Source of the DNA: a virus
Strand: one strand, 5' to 3'
Virus genome (UHGV): UHGV-0348957
Length of the DNA stretch: 38,303 bases
Below the pieces are notes generated by a model. That model had not been told where the DNA came from. It ran no database searches and saw only the letters and a program-made list of their open reading frames with translations. Positions 26,812 through 36,059 of this stretch are shown here, piece by piece. How positions within the stretch are numbered: position 1 is the first letter of the stretch; each line of letters opens with the position of its first letter. Position numbers and translations under genes: made by a program.

Positions 26812-27206
26812 TGACCACATTGACCATTACCTTGCCCCACACGCCGCGGGAACTCTCGCCTAACGCCAAGACTCCCCTCACGCAGAGGGGGGCCATTGTG
26901 GCAAACAAGAAGAAGGTGTCTGCCAAACAACGTGCCCGGACGATGGCGTGGGCAATCACTTGGGAAGCCCTGAAGGGGCAGAAGTTTGTACCCACTCACT
27001 ACCGGGTAATCTGGTATTTCAAGGGAGACCCGCCCGATGATGATAATGTCCTGACGCGCTGTAAATATTATAAGGACGGGGCGTGCAAGGCCATGAAGAT
27101 TGACGACGGCCCCCTGCGTTGCCTGGGGATTGACCGCGTGCATGATCTTACCCGCGCCGGACAGGTGGAAATCGTGTTTGAAAGGAGGGACGATGAAAAC
27201 GCCTAA
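26808..27206 (+). CDS. rusA: RusA-like Holliday junction resolvase
   Basis: PPDDDNVLTRCKYYKDGACKAMKIDDGP matches the RusA catalytic block (DxDN..K..lDal...DD). Confidence 0.55.
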   Translation: MMTTLTITLPHTPRELSPNAKTPLTQRGAIVANKKKVSAKQRARTMAWAITWEALKGQKFVPTHYRVIWYFKGDPPDDDNVLTRCKYYKDGACKAMKIDDGPLRCLGIDRVHDLTRAGQVEIVFERRDDENA

Positions 27207-27570
27207 ATGCCCTATTTGCGGTGTACCGTTGAAACCCATTCGAGGATATGATGTCCATGGAATAACAACCGACTGGGTTGCTGGTTGCTACAATTGTTTC
27301 TTCCAGAGTTCCCATTTTTGGAAAACCAAGAAGGCATGTATTGAAGATATGGATAGGCTTGTTTCCCTGTTCCCACCCATCATGAGGGTCTGGCCGGGGG
27401 ACAAGTTGCAAGTAGAGGATGGAAGCATTTGTGAAGTGATAAACGTTAATAAAAATCTAGCAATGATGGACGTGAGGAGAGGTGAAGGAAGACCAGTATT
27501 CACGATTGCAGATAATCATGTCATTAGATGGCCCTGGGAACTCGATCAGAAAGGAGGGAGCAATGATTAA
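27193..27570 (+). CDS. Zinc-ribbon protein (125 aa)
   Basis: CPICG...CYNC Cys pairs. Confidence 0.4.
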   Translation: MKTPKCPICGVPLKPIRGYDVHGITTDWVAGCYNCFFQSSHFWKTKKACIEDMDRLVSLFPPIMRVWPGDKLQVEDGSICEVINVNKNLAMMDVRRGEGRPVFTIADNHVIRWPWELDQKGGSND

Positions 27571-27982
27571 CATCCTCTTATCCGTCAGGCGACCTTATTC
27601 AAGATATATTCTTAATGACGAAAAACACGACGAGGTAAGAAAAACAGCACCCTTGAAATTTAAGAGAGGGAATACAACCATTTATTTATATGAAAGCGGA
27701 AAAAACGGAAATCATGCCATTATAGGAAAATGTGAAATGTACGGAGCCTCTTTAGTTACAGAATCGAGAGGTGAAAACGCTATTCGCATTTTGGCCGCGC
27801 AGGCAAGGGTAGGATTTGCGGAACTTGTAAATTATTTGCCCTGTTGGGATTGGGGAATAGGAGCGCCCGAACTGTTTTTGAATGCCGTGCCCCTCTCTGC
27901 CATTGGACTGACCCGTCCGCCGCAGAGCTGGCAGTATATCACTGACGAGCAAGCGGCGATACTGGAAAGGAGGGGAGAATGA
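27563..27982 (+). CDS. ASCH-domain (PUA-like) protein
   Basis: MINILLSVRRPYSRYILNDEKHDEVRK...TIYLYES resembles the ASCH N-terminal beta-barrel motif; adjacent to methyltransferases as in many phages. Confidence 0.4.
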   Translation: MINILLSVRRPYSRYILNDEKHDEVRKTAPLKFKRGNTTIYLYESGKNGNHAIIGKCEMYGASLVTESRGENAIRILAAQARVGFAELVNYLPCWDWGIGAPELFLNAVPLSAIGLTRPPQSWQYITDEQAAILERRGE

Positions 27983-29169
27983 AATACCTCTCCGTCTGCT
28001 CCGGAATTGAGGCCGCATCCGTGGCATGGGAACCCCTGGGATGGGCCCCCGTGGCTTTTTCCGAAATTGAACCTTTTCCGTCCGCCGTCCTCGCCGAGCG
28101 GTTTCCGGACATTCCTAACCTCGGCGATATGACAAAATACCATGAATGGAATATACCAGCAATTGACCTTTTGGTCGGAGGAACCCCCTGCCAGGCGTTC
28201 AGCGTCGCCGGAAAGCGCGGCAGTCTCGGAGATGACCGGGGAAACCTCTGCCTCACCTTCTGCCGCATGGCTGACTACTTTGCCCCTAAATGGGTCTTGT
28301 GGGAAAATGTCCCCGGAGTCTTATCTACGCCGGATAATGCGTTTGGATGCTTCTTGGGCGCTCTTTGCGGAGCTGACGCCCCCGTCATCCCTCCAGGGGG
28401 AGGGAGGAAGCACCCCAATAGCGGTGTGGTGGCCGGACCCAAAAGAACCGTGGCGTGGAGGGTGCTTGACGCCCAATGGCACCGAGTACCCCAGCGACGA
28501 AAACGTGTGTTTGTCCTGGCTGTGGCAGGTGCTGGAAACTGGGCCTGTGCCGACGCGCTATTACCTGTCGGCGAACGCGTGCCGGGGGATCTTGAGGCGT
28601 GCCGAAAGGCGTGGAAAGAAGCTGCCGGAGATGCTGGAAGCCGCTTTGAGGGCTCGCATTGGGATGGGGGACGAGTCCACCCCACCTTGTTCGCCCACAA
28701 GTCAGGAGTCGGCATGAGCGACCAGGAGATTTTCAGGCAGCGCGGGGCGTACCTGGTGCCTGATGTGGCGCCCACGCTTGATGCCAATTATGGCAACAAA
28801 TGGACGGGCGACCAGTATTGTTTCCGCGATGGATTTTTCGTTTATGAGAACCACGCCCAGGATTCCCGCGTCCGTGAAATGGGGGATGTCTGCTCCACCG
28901 TGTCGGCCAAGTACGGTACAGGAGGCGGCAATACGCCGATTGTGGTGCATCTGCAACGGCACTATGTCGTGCGCCGCCTGACACCGCGGGAATGCGAGCG
29001 TTTGCAGGGCTTCCCGGATGACTGGACGCAAATCCCGTGGAAGAGAACACCTGCTACGAATTGCCCGGACAGCCACCGCTATAAAGCCACGGGAAACAGC
29101 ATGGCCGTGCCGGTCATGTGGTATATCGGCAGGAGAATTCAGATTGTGGAAAGGAGGATAGCTGCATGA
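27979..29169 (+). CDS. dcm: DNA (cytosine-5)-methyltransferase
   Basis: Motif I CSGIEA; motif IV GGTPCQAFS; ENV motif VI (LWENVPG); motif X GNSMAVPV. Confidence 0.85.
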   Translation: MKYLSVCSGIEAASVAWEPLGWAPVAFSEIEPFPSAVLAERFPDIPNLGDMTKYHEWNIPAIDLLVGGTPCQAFSVAGKRGSLGDDRGNLCLTFCRMADYFAPKWVLWENVPGVLSTPDNAFGCFLGALCGADAPVIPPGGGRKHPNSGVVAGPKRTVAWRVLDAQWHRVPQRRKRVFVLAVAGAGNWACADALLPVGERVPGDLEACRKAWKEAAGDAGSRFEGSHWDGGRVHPTLFAHKSGVGMSDQEIFRQRGAYLVPDVAPTLDANYGNKWTGDQYCFRDGFFVYENHAQDSRVREMGDVCSTVSAKYGTGGGNTPIVVHLQRHYVVRRLTPRECERLQGFPDDWTQIPWKRTPATNCPDSHRYKATGNSMAVPVMWYIGRRIQIVERRIAA

Positions 29170-29948
29170 ACACGAGAGCCCCCCGTAAAAGGGCTCTGGC
29201 CCGATACCTTGGAGGCAAAAACCGCATTGCCCCCTGGATTATCAGCTTTTTTCCGGCTCATAAAATCTACGTTGAACCGTTCGGAGGTTCCGCCGCCGTT
29301 CTCCTGAATAAGCAGCCCGCCTGGATGGAGGTCTATAACGACCTTTATGACCGGGTGGTGAATTTCTTCGAGGTGTTGAGAGATCCGGAAAAATCCGAAC
29401 GGCTGGCCAGCCTGTTGGAATTGACGCCCTACGCCCAAACCGCCTATGCCCGGTCATTTGAGATTGCGGAAGATCCTGTTGAAGATGCTCTCCGCTTTGC
29501 CGTCAATAGTATGATGAGCTACGGCGGGGGAATCCACAAACCAGGTTTCAAGCGCAATGGCTTACTTCGCACAACACCCTATCCGCAGACATGGCGGGAA
29601 TATCCCGACGTAGTGCGGGAATGCGCGGCGGAACTCCGGCGCCGGAACATTGAGATCAACAACATGGACGCCCTGCAGGTCATGTCCCGGTACGATACGC
29701 CGGAAACGCTACATTACGTTGACCCGCCCTATGTGCAGTCTTCGCGCAGTAGCCGCATGAGGTACGCGCACGAGTACGATCAACAAGACCATGAGCGGCT
29801 TCTTGTCTTTTTGAAGACCTTGAAAGGCAAGGTTGTTCTGTCTGGTTATGATTCCGACCTTTATTCCAGGCATCTTTCCGGCTGGCGGAAGGAGTGCAAG
29901 GTTTCCCACGACACGCAGGGCGGCAAGAAGATTGAATCCTGTGGATGA
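29166..29948 (+). CDS. dam: DNA N6-adenine methyltransferase (Dam-like, D12 class)
   Basis: RYLGGKNRIAPWII...EPFGGSAAV (AdoMet region) and HYVDPPY (DPPY motif). Confidence 0.8.
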   Translation: MNTRAPRKRALARYLGGKNRIAPWIISFFPAHKIYVEPFGGSAAVLLNKQPAWMEVYNDLYDRVVNFFEVLRDPEKSERLASLLELTPYAQTAYARSFEIAEDPVEDALRFAVNSMMSYGGGIHKPGFKRNGLLRTTPYPQTWREYPDVVRECAAELRRRNIEINNMDALQVMSRYDTPETLHYVDPPYVQSSRSSRMRYAHEYDQQDHERLLVFLKTLKGKVVLSGYDSDLYSRHLSGWRKECKVSHDTQGGKKIESCG

Positions 29949-29978
29949 ACTACACCCTCCAACTGACGCTTTTTTGAT

Positions 29979-30731
29979 ATGCCAACACGATTGATCAGAG
30001 ATGCTATTTTGACATCAGGGCGCGTCGCCTCCCTTTCGTGGGAGGCCGAGGTGTTCTACCGACGCCTGATGTCTGTGGCAGACGATTACGGCCTTTATGA
30101 CGCCAGGACGCCCATTCTCCGTTCTGCGCTGTATCCTCTCCAACTCGACAAGATGAGCGAGTGCAATATTCAACGCTGCCTCTCCGCGTGTGAGGCCGCG
30201 GGGCTTATTCTGCTTTATTCTCACAATGAGAAGCCATACTTGATGATTCTGGGGTTCGACCAGCAGGGGAAGTCCATGCCCAAATGGCCGCTTCCGAACG
30301 GTTACGAAGTGCTGAAAGTTTCCGACAAGAAGTACGAACTGCGGAAATTCGTAACAGGTCGTAACGATTCGCCTCAACCCGTTACTTATGCGAATGCGGA
30401 TGCGTATTCGGATACGAAGACGGATGCGGATGCGAAGAATTTGCCTGTAAGCCGAGGCATAGAGCAATTCCCGTGGAGCGCGGAGGATGTGCGGCTTTTC
30501 ATGGCGGCCCAGCTTATGGCTCCCAAGGGGGATGATTTGAGACGGTGCGCAGAGTCGTTTTTTGATGATTTTTCTGCCCGTGGATGGAGGGATAGCAAGG
30601 GGATTCCTCTTGCCGACTGGAAGCCTGCAGCCCGGAAGTATGCCCGTTCCTGGGCTACCAACAACGCGCAGCGGGGGCAGCAAGGCGCGTCTGGACGGAA
30701 TGACGCCAACGCGGGAAGGAGGTACGAATGA
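29979..30731 (+). CDS. Putative replication initiation / replisome-organizer protein
   Basis: Sits directly upstream of the DnaC-like loader; N-terminal region resembles phage replisome-organizer proteins; contains a hexanucleotide-periodic repeat (30388..30440). Confidence 0.4.
   Translation: MPTRLIRDAILTSGRVASLSWEAEVFYRRLMSVADDYGLYDARTPILRSALYPLQLDKMSECNIQRCLSACEAAGLILLYSHNEKPYLMILGFDQQGKSMPKWPLPNGYEVLKVSDKKYELRKFVTGRNDSPQPVTYANADAYSDTKTDADAKNLPVSRGIEQFPWSAEDVRLFMAAQLMAPKGDDLRRCAESFFDDFSARGWRDSKGIPLADWKPAARKYARSWATNNAQRGQQGASGRNDANAGRRYE
30388..30440 (+). repeat. Hexanucleotide-periodic repeat (rTGCGr x ~8) inside the replication gene; iteron-like origin candidate
   Basis: atgcgaatgcggatgcgtattcggatacgaagacggatgcggatgcgaag encodes ANADAYSDTKTDADAK. 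Confidence 0.4.
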
Positions 30732-31354
30732 TGGATGATATTCAACATTTGGCCGGGCAGGTTTCCGCGGTGCCTTCCCAGGACGGGATTGTCCGCAGTT
30801 ATAAGCCGGTACGGTATGATATGGGCGGGTTTGACGAGTCCGTTCATCCGGAGGTTCAGGCCATGCACCGGGAAGTTCAGTGGTTTATTAACGATGTGGT
30901 GAATAAGGTTCGCCCGCGCCGCTGGCTGTCCCTGCTGGGGGCTTCCGGGGTGGGTAAGACACATTTGGCCGAGGCTGCCAGGGATGCGCTGACCGAAGTA
31001 CGCCCCACGCTGCCCATTCAGTTTTGGAAGTGGCAGAAGGTGGTTTCCATGCTTCGTTCCGGGGATTGGGCGTTTATTGAATATTTGGTTAAAGAGGTGT
31101 ACGTGCTGATTTTGGATGATATTGGCGCGGAGAATTCTTCCCCGGCTATTCTTTCCGCTCTTAACCGTGTGGTTGACGGGCGGCTGGGGAAATGGACGAT
31201 GCTCACGTCCAATTTGTTGCCGAAGCATATCGGGGAGCAGTTGGATGCACGTATCGCGTCACGGCTTTACCGCGGCAATAATGTGGTGTGCCAGGTTAAG
31301 GACGCTCCGGATTATTGCTTTGAACGGTATATGAGAAGGGAGGAGGGGAGATGA
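30728..31354 (+). CDS. DnaC/IstB-like AAA+ helicase loader
   Basis: Walker A LLGASGVGKTHLA; Walker B VLILDDIG. Confidence 0.75.
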   Translation: MMDDIQHLAGQVSAVPSQDGIVRSYKPVRYDMGGFDESVHPEVQAMHREVQWFINDVVNKVRPRRWLSLLGASGVGKTHLAEAARDALTEVRPTLPIQFWKWQKVVSMLRSGDWAFIEYLVKEVYVLILDDIGAENSSPAILSALNRVVDGRLGKWTMLTSNLLPKHIGEQLDARIASRLYRGNNVVCQVKDAPDYCFERYMRREEGR

Positions 31355-31659
31355 AGCAGTCGGAGTTAAAATTGATGTCTATCATGTCTGCTGCTTTTTC
31401 ACGGCTGAAAATGTCTCCGGTTCAGATAGCCATTCTTTCCTGTATCGGTCTTAATCCCGGCATTCGGTTCGGAGAAATTGCCAACCGCGTTTCCGTATCT
31501 TCCAGCCGTCTGTGCTTTCACTTGAATACCCTTTGCGGTGCAGGAGACGTTTCTACCTCCCAATATGGCGGCAGATTCAAAAAAGGTTATTTCCTCACGG
31601 CACAAGGGCGTAAACGATTGGAAGACGCGATCACACGAACGATGAAAGACCATGCCTAA
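31351..31659 (+). CDS. Winged-helix transcriptional regulator (MarR/ArsR-like)
   Basis: SPVQIAILSCIGLNPGIRFGEIANRVSVSSSRLCFHLNTLCGAGDV. Confidence 0.4.
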   Translation: MKQSELKLMSIMSAAFSRLKMSPVQIAILSCIGLNPGIRFGEIANRVSVSSSRLCFHLNTLCGAGDVSTSQYGGRFKKGYFLTAQGRKRLEDAITRTMKDHA

Positions 31660-32248
31660 GAGAGATAAAACATCTATTGCCACAGAGAAGAAGAAGGAAT
31701 TTGCCAGGCTCTTGGTTGAGTCAAAATTGTCCAAAGCGGACGCATACCGTAAAGCTTACAAGCGCAAGGACATGAGTAATGACGCGGCCAGTAAGGCGGC
31801 TTCTCGTTTGTCCAAAGATGGCGAAGTTTTGCGAATGATTGATGAATTGAATGCCCAGTTGGACAGATCAGCGATTGCCACCAAGCAGGAATGCCTTGAG
31901 TTTCTTACTGCTGTGTTGCGTACACCGATTGGAGAAGTAGGAGAAGATTCTCCTTTATGCCAGGAGGTTGCCTACACAGATTCAGGGATGCGCAAGAAGA
32001 TGCCCGGCAAGATTGAGGCGGTGAGGGAGCTTTCCAAGCTGGCCGGTTACAATGAGCCGGAACCGGTAGATGTTCCCGGCCTGTCGCAGATTGCCGCGGT
32101 GCTTGCCGGAACGCAACAGGAGCATCTTGTACATCCTGATAATGGCAAAGCCGCTCCGATTGAGTTTGACGGGATAGATGCCGCACCGGAAGAAAAAGAA
32201 CACCGCCCAGGGTTAATGGACGGTGTGAAGGATGAACCGTTGGTTTAG
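31652..32248 (+). CDS. terS: Terminase small subunit
   Basis: EKKKEFARLLVESKLSKADAYRKAYKRKDMSNDAASKAASRLSKDGEVLRMIDEL matches the Terminase_2-type N-terminal DNA-binding region. Confidence 0.5.
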   Translation: MPKRDKTSIATEKKKEFARLLVESKLSKADAYRKAYKRKDMSNDAASKAASRLSKDGEVLRMIDELNAQLDRSAIATKQECLEFLTAVLRTPIGEVGEDSPLCQEVAYTDSGMRKKMPGKIEAVRELSKLAGYNEPEPVDVPGLSQIAAVLAGTQQEHLVHPDNGKAAPIEFDGIDAAPEEKEHRPGLMDGVKDEPLV

Positions 32249-33114
32249 GGATGAAATTTTATATTTGATTTCACATAGTTTAACATATCATCCTCACTTT
32301 GAAATGGGGAAATAAGAAGATATTTTTCTACAAAATCATCTTTATAGATATTAGAAGGAAAATACTGAAGAACTCTTTCAACATCATCTTTTTTATTTAT
32401 CATCAATAACGATATATATAAAAGAGATAAAAAATTGGGAGGTATTTGAGAAACTATCATCCATAAATCATTTTTTAAGATATTTCTATAATCCTCATCC
32501 CATTGAGAATCCTCTATGATACATATTGTTTTCTTTAATGCCGAATAACAAGTAGAAGCTACAGGAGCCATAATGACTGAATAATGAGAAACTAGAGCAA
32601 CTTCCTCACCAATTTCTTTATCTGTTGGCATTTTTTCTATATTCCCCTCGAACCAAGATTTTATTGTTAAAAAATGACGTTGATAATCCTTCAAAACATT
32701 TATACCTTTTGATTCTTTTTTATCTATTCCGATCATATCGTATAACACACATAAATTTTTTACAGAATCGCGTATTAATCCTGTATAATTAAGAACCATA
32801 GAATCTACTCTATCTTTCCTCATTTCGGAAATCTGTTTATTAAAATCATTTTGTTGCTCAAATATTGTATAAATCAATACAACAAATGCTAATCCCGCAA
32901 ACAAGGCATTTAATCCTCCATACATATCTCCACTGATCCCGAAACGGGAGGTTTCTGGAAAATTGATTCCTTCAAACAACCTGTCCGCTATACCAAGGCT
33001 TATCCATGTGATGAAAGGCCATGCAATAAAAAGTACGGAAACAATGATGAGCACGCCACACATACAATTCCGCTTTGAACGTTTCTTTTTTGACAAAGAC
33101 TTTTGATCTGCCAT
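32245..33114 (-). CDS. Two-TM membrane protein with cytoplasmic domain, AT-rich accessory gene between terS and the nozzle gene (Abi/superinfection-exclusion candidate)
   Basis: TM1 CGVLIIVSVLFIAWPFITWISLGIA, TM2 LNALFAGLAFVVLIYTIF; low GC; antisense to the phage operon. Confidence 0.55.
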   Translation of the reverse strand: MADQKSLSKKKRSKRNCMCGVLIIVSVLFIAWPFITWISLGIADRLFEGINFPETSRFGISGDMYGGLNALFAGLAFVVLIYTIFEQQNDFNKQISEMRKDRVDSMVLNYTGLIRDSVKNLCVLYDMIGIDKKESKGINVLKDYQRHFLTIKSWFEGNIEKMPTDKEIGEEVALVSHYSVIMAPVASTCYSALKKTICIIEDSQWDEDYRNILKNDLWMIVSQIPPNFLSLLYISLLMINKKDDVERVLQYFPSNIYKDDFVEKYLLISPFQSEDDMLNYVKSNIKFHP

Positions 33115-33183
33115 AGAGGAAAATGTAATCCTTTCATATCCCGATTGTCAAAGTATTTCACTAATCTAACCATGTAGATTTAG

Positions 33184-33205
33184 TCAAGTTACGGTTGTAT
33201 TCATC
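33184..33205 (+). promoter_or_regulatory. 22-bp motif TCAAGTTACGGTTGTATTCATC (copy 2), 28 bp upstream of the nozzle-like gene
   Basis: Exact duplicate of 3564..3585. Confidence 0.5.
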
Positions 33206-33233
33206 CTTCAGCTTTTTGTTGTAATGATGGTAC

Positions 33234-36059
33234 ATGATTCGATGCGCTTTCAACGGAGGCGAGCTTTCTCCTACTTCTGCCGTCCGGGCGGATTTAGATA
33301 ATTTTCACCGTGGGGCTTCCAGGATTGAGAATCTGGACCTGGGCCAGATGGGCGGCGTTTCCCGGCGCCGCGGGTTCCGGCGCGTGGCTGCCGCTTTGGA
33401 GGGTTCCGTGATTTTGCCTTATGTTTATTCCACCAATGACCGTTTTCTTGTGGAGGTGTCCCCTTCCCTGTTGCGCGTGTTGTCCGCCGAGGGGGATGTG
33501 GTTGCCTCCCTGTCTTCCGTATGGAGCCAGGACGATGTTTCCTCTTTGCGCCACAAACAGGTGAACAGCATGTTGTTTCTGGCCTGCCCCACGCATGAGC
33601 TGATGGTGCTGAAACGGGATGACGAGGGCGCGTTTTCCCTGGCTCCCTATGAGTTTAAGGCCCGCCCCTGGCGGTATGAGGAGTTCCGGGATTTTCCGGT
33701 GCGCCTGACGTTGGATGAGGGGTGTTACAGGGTGTCTTTCGGGGATCATGCGTCCGATCCGGATGCGGCGGTTAACGAGGGGGATGTGATGCGCGTCCAG
33801 GTGACGGTGCCCCAGCAGACCGGGTTCAGCACGGGGGCCGTGGTTCGCCAGGGTTGGGTGATTGCCAAGGCGTTTACGGCAGCCAGCACTTTCACGGCTG
33901 GGAAAAAGCTCTGCCTCAATGAGGGGAGTTATTGGTCCTGGTGGACGTGCGACAGGGATTTTAACGGGGCGGCGGATTTTGTGGATGGCCTGACGTCTCC
34001 GGCGGATTATCCGGAGCATTTTCATAAGGGTGTGATTTGCCATTCCAATACGATTACCTGCAAGGGGACCTGGACGTTTTATTGTTATAAGGAGTGGTAC
34101 GGCACGTATGCCGTGGAGCGGCGTTTTCCGAATGAGGATTGGCAGCTGCTTGGTACGTCCAATTCCCCGGTGGGGGCCGCTTCCAATTTGCAGCTGACCG
34201 GGAACGAGGCGGGGGAGGAGTGTTATTTACGCCTGATGTTGTATGAGTCCCAGCTTTCCAACGGTTCCGATCCCAGCCAGGGGTTTCCGGCTGATTCCTG
34301 CGGGAATAAGCTGGTGGTGGATGCTTATAAGAAGGATGTGGTGCTGCGGCTGCATTCCCTGTCTACCAGCGACGTGCGCAAGTTGACGCTGCCTTTGGGG
34401 AGTGATTTTTGCGATTTTTTCGAGAAGAAGGGCCTGCCGTTTTTTTCCGCATTGTTGATTGATGGGGCCAAGGTGGACGGCGGGTTTGAGGTGTCCAGGG
34501 AGGGACGGATGCTGACGGTGAAGCCCGATGGGTTGACGACGGATGATGTCGGCGCCGGGAGCATGGTGCGCCTGGAATGGGAGCAGGCAGAGGTGAGTTT
34601 GGACCGGTTTGCGGAGGGGTCGATTGAGATGTATCGTTTTTTTCTTCCGGCGGGTACAGTTGTGTCGATGCAGGGGTTTGTCTGCGTTTATGCCGGACAG
34701 ACGATTCGACTGAATTCGACGTTGAATGTGTGTTCTTTTTGCGAGGGTAATGGCGGTTCTTATTCGTTGAGGTCTGTGTTTTCCACGATGGAGAAGGCGT
34801 CTTTTACGGTGCTGGAGGACGGGGTTTATGTGGTGAGGATGGAGACCTGGACCGGAGGTTCCGTCAGTCAACGGGCCAGAGCGCAGCTGGAGGTGCCGGC
34901 CTGTACGGCATGGATGGAGGCGGAGGTGGCCGAGGTGACGGCTTCCGCGGAGTATTCTCTTTGGGATAATGTGTCCGCGGTTCCGGAGGGTGTACCCCCG
35001 TCCGGGGAGTCGTTGATGTGGAGTTTCGCGGCGTTCCGGGGGGTGTACGGGTTTCCTTCCCTGGTGGATGTGTTTCAGCAGCGCCTGGTGCTGGCCGCTA
35101 CGCAGGCCCAGCCGCAGACGGTGTGGTTGAGCAAGACGGATGATTTGAATCATTTCGAGGTGGGGAAGCAGGATGATTCCGCGCTGGCTTTGACGTTGAG
35201 CACCACAACACAGAACAGGATTTGCTGGCTGATGGCGCAGAGTTCCCGGCTGCTGTTGGGGACGGCGGACGCGGAGTGGGCGGTGTCCGGAGGCCAGGGG
35301 GTGATGACTTACGCCAATGCGCGGGCGGATAGCCACGGGTTTGTGGGTTCTTCCGATGTGCCGGCCCTGATGGCGACCGATAAGGTGCTGTATGTGGAGA
35401 GGGGCGGCGGACGGGTGTATCAGTACGGGTATGATTACGAGAGCGACGGGTTTGTGTCCCGCGATTTGACGGTGTTTGCCGATCATGTGCTGGCCGACGG
35501 CGGTGGGTGCCGGGGTGTTGCTTTTGTGCGCAAGCCGGAGCCGCGGGCGGTGTTTGTACGCCGGGACGGGGCACTGGCGCTGATGACTTATAATAGCATG
35601 CACCAGGTGCATGCCTGGCACCGGTACACGACAGAAGGAGTGTTCGAGGGGGTAGCCGTTTTGCCCAATGGGGATCAGGCGGATTTGCTGTTTGCCCTGG
35701 TGGAGCGGGAGGATGGACGGTTTATTGAGGTGCTGGCGCCGGGTAATGAGTTTCAGGATCCAGGAGGTAGGGATTTTGTGTCTGTGTTAGAGACTAACGC
35801 CCTGATTTCTCTTGAAGCTGCTGGACGCCGCCAGCATAGCGGCGGAGTGATGTTTTTCTTTGGCTCTGATGCACTGGTGGATGGTGTTGAGGTAAGCATC
35901 GACGGAACCCGCTGGGATGTACTGGACCGTTCCCCGTCTTCGTTTTTAACAAGGGGATGGCATTCTCTAGTTTCTGATGGATGCTGGAATTACGATTCCA
36001 TGGTGGGCATCCGCGTTTCCGGCAACCGCGATTTCAATTTATTAGCTATTCAGGCATAA
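33234..36059 (+). CDS. Tail tubular protein B / nozzle-like protein (T7 gp12-like), 941 aa
   Basis: N-terminus FNGGELSPTSAVRADL...VSRRRGF...LPYVYSTNDRFLVEVSPSLLRVLSAEGD parallels T7 gp12 LKGGISQQPDILRYP...GLQKRPP...APYIHLINRDEHEQYYAVFTGSGIRVFDLSGN; location between terS and terL is unusual. Confidence 0.45.
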   Translation: MIRCAFNGGELSPTSAVRADLDNFHRGASRIENLDLGQMGGVSRRRGFRRVAAALEGSVILPYVYSTNDRFLVEVSPSLLRVLSAEGDVVASLSSVWSQDDVSSLRHKQVNSMLFLACPTHELMVLKRDDEGAFSLAPYEFKARPWRYEEFRDFPVRLTLDEGCYRVSFGDHASDPDAAVNEGDVMRVQVTVPQQTGFSTGAVVRQGWVIAKAFTAASTFTAGKKLCLNEGSYWSWWTCDRDFNGAADFVDGLTSPADYPEHFHKGVICHSNTITCKGTWTFYCYKEWYGTYAVERRFPNEDWQLLGTSNSPVGAASNLQLTGNEAGEECYLRLMLYESQLSNGSDPSQGFPADSCGNKLVVDAYKKDVVLRLHSLSTSDVRKLTLPLGSDFCDFFEKKGLPFFSALLIDGAKVDGGFEVSREGRMLTVKPDGLTTDDVGAGSMVRLEWEQAEVSLDRFAEGSIEMYRFFLPAGTVVSMQGFVCVYAGQTIRLNSTLNVCSFCEGNGGSYSLRSVFSTMEKASFTVLEDGVYVVRMETWTGGSVSQRARAQLEVPACTAWMEAEVAEVTASAEYSLWDNVSAVPEGVPPSGESLMWSFAAFRGVYGFPSLVDVFQQRLVLAATQAQPQTVWLSKTDDLNHFEVGKQDDSALALTLSTTTQNRICWLMAQSSRLLLGTADAEWAVSGGQGVMTYANARADSHGFVGSSDVPALMATDKVLYVERGGGRVYQYGYDYESDGFVSRDLTVFADHVLADGGGCRGVAFVRKPEPRAVFVRRDGALALMTYNSMHQVHAWHRYTTEGVFEGVAVLPNGDQADLLFALVEREDGRFIEVLAPGNEFQDPGGRDFVSVLETNALISLEAAGRRQHSGGVMFFFGSDALVDGVEVSIDGTRWDVLDRSPSSFLTRGWHSLVSDGCWNYDSMVGIRVSGNRDFNLLAIQA

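Larger units (their letters stand above)
32245..33230. other. AT-rich accessory island 2 inside the prophage
   Basis: Same composition shift; single - strand gene. Confidence 0.7.

Noticed and set aside
28142-28717. 191-aa ORF in an alternative frame within dcm
   Set aside because: Dcm motifs are in the 27979 frame; the alternative frame is an artefact.
30388-30440. CRISPR-like repeat
   Set aside because: 6-nt period with no spacers, located inside a coding region; not a CRISPR array.
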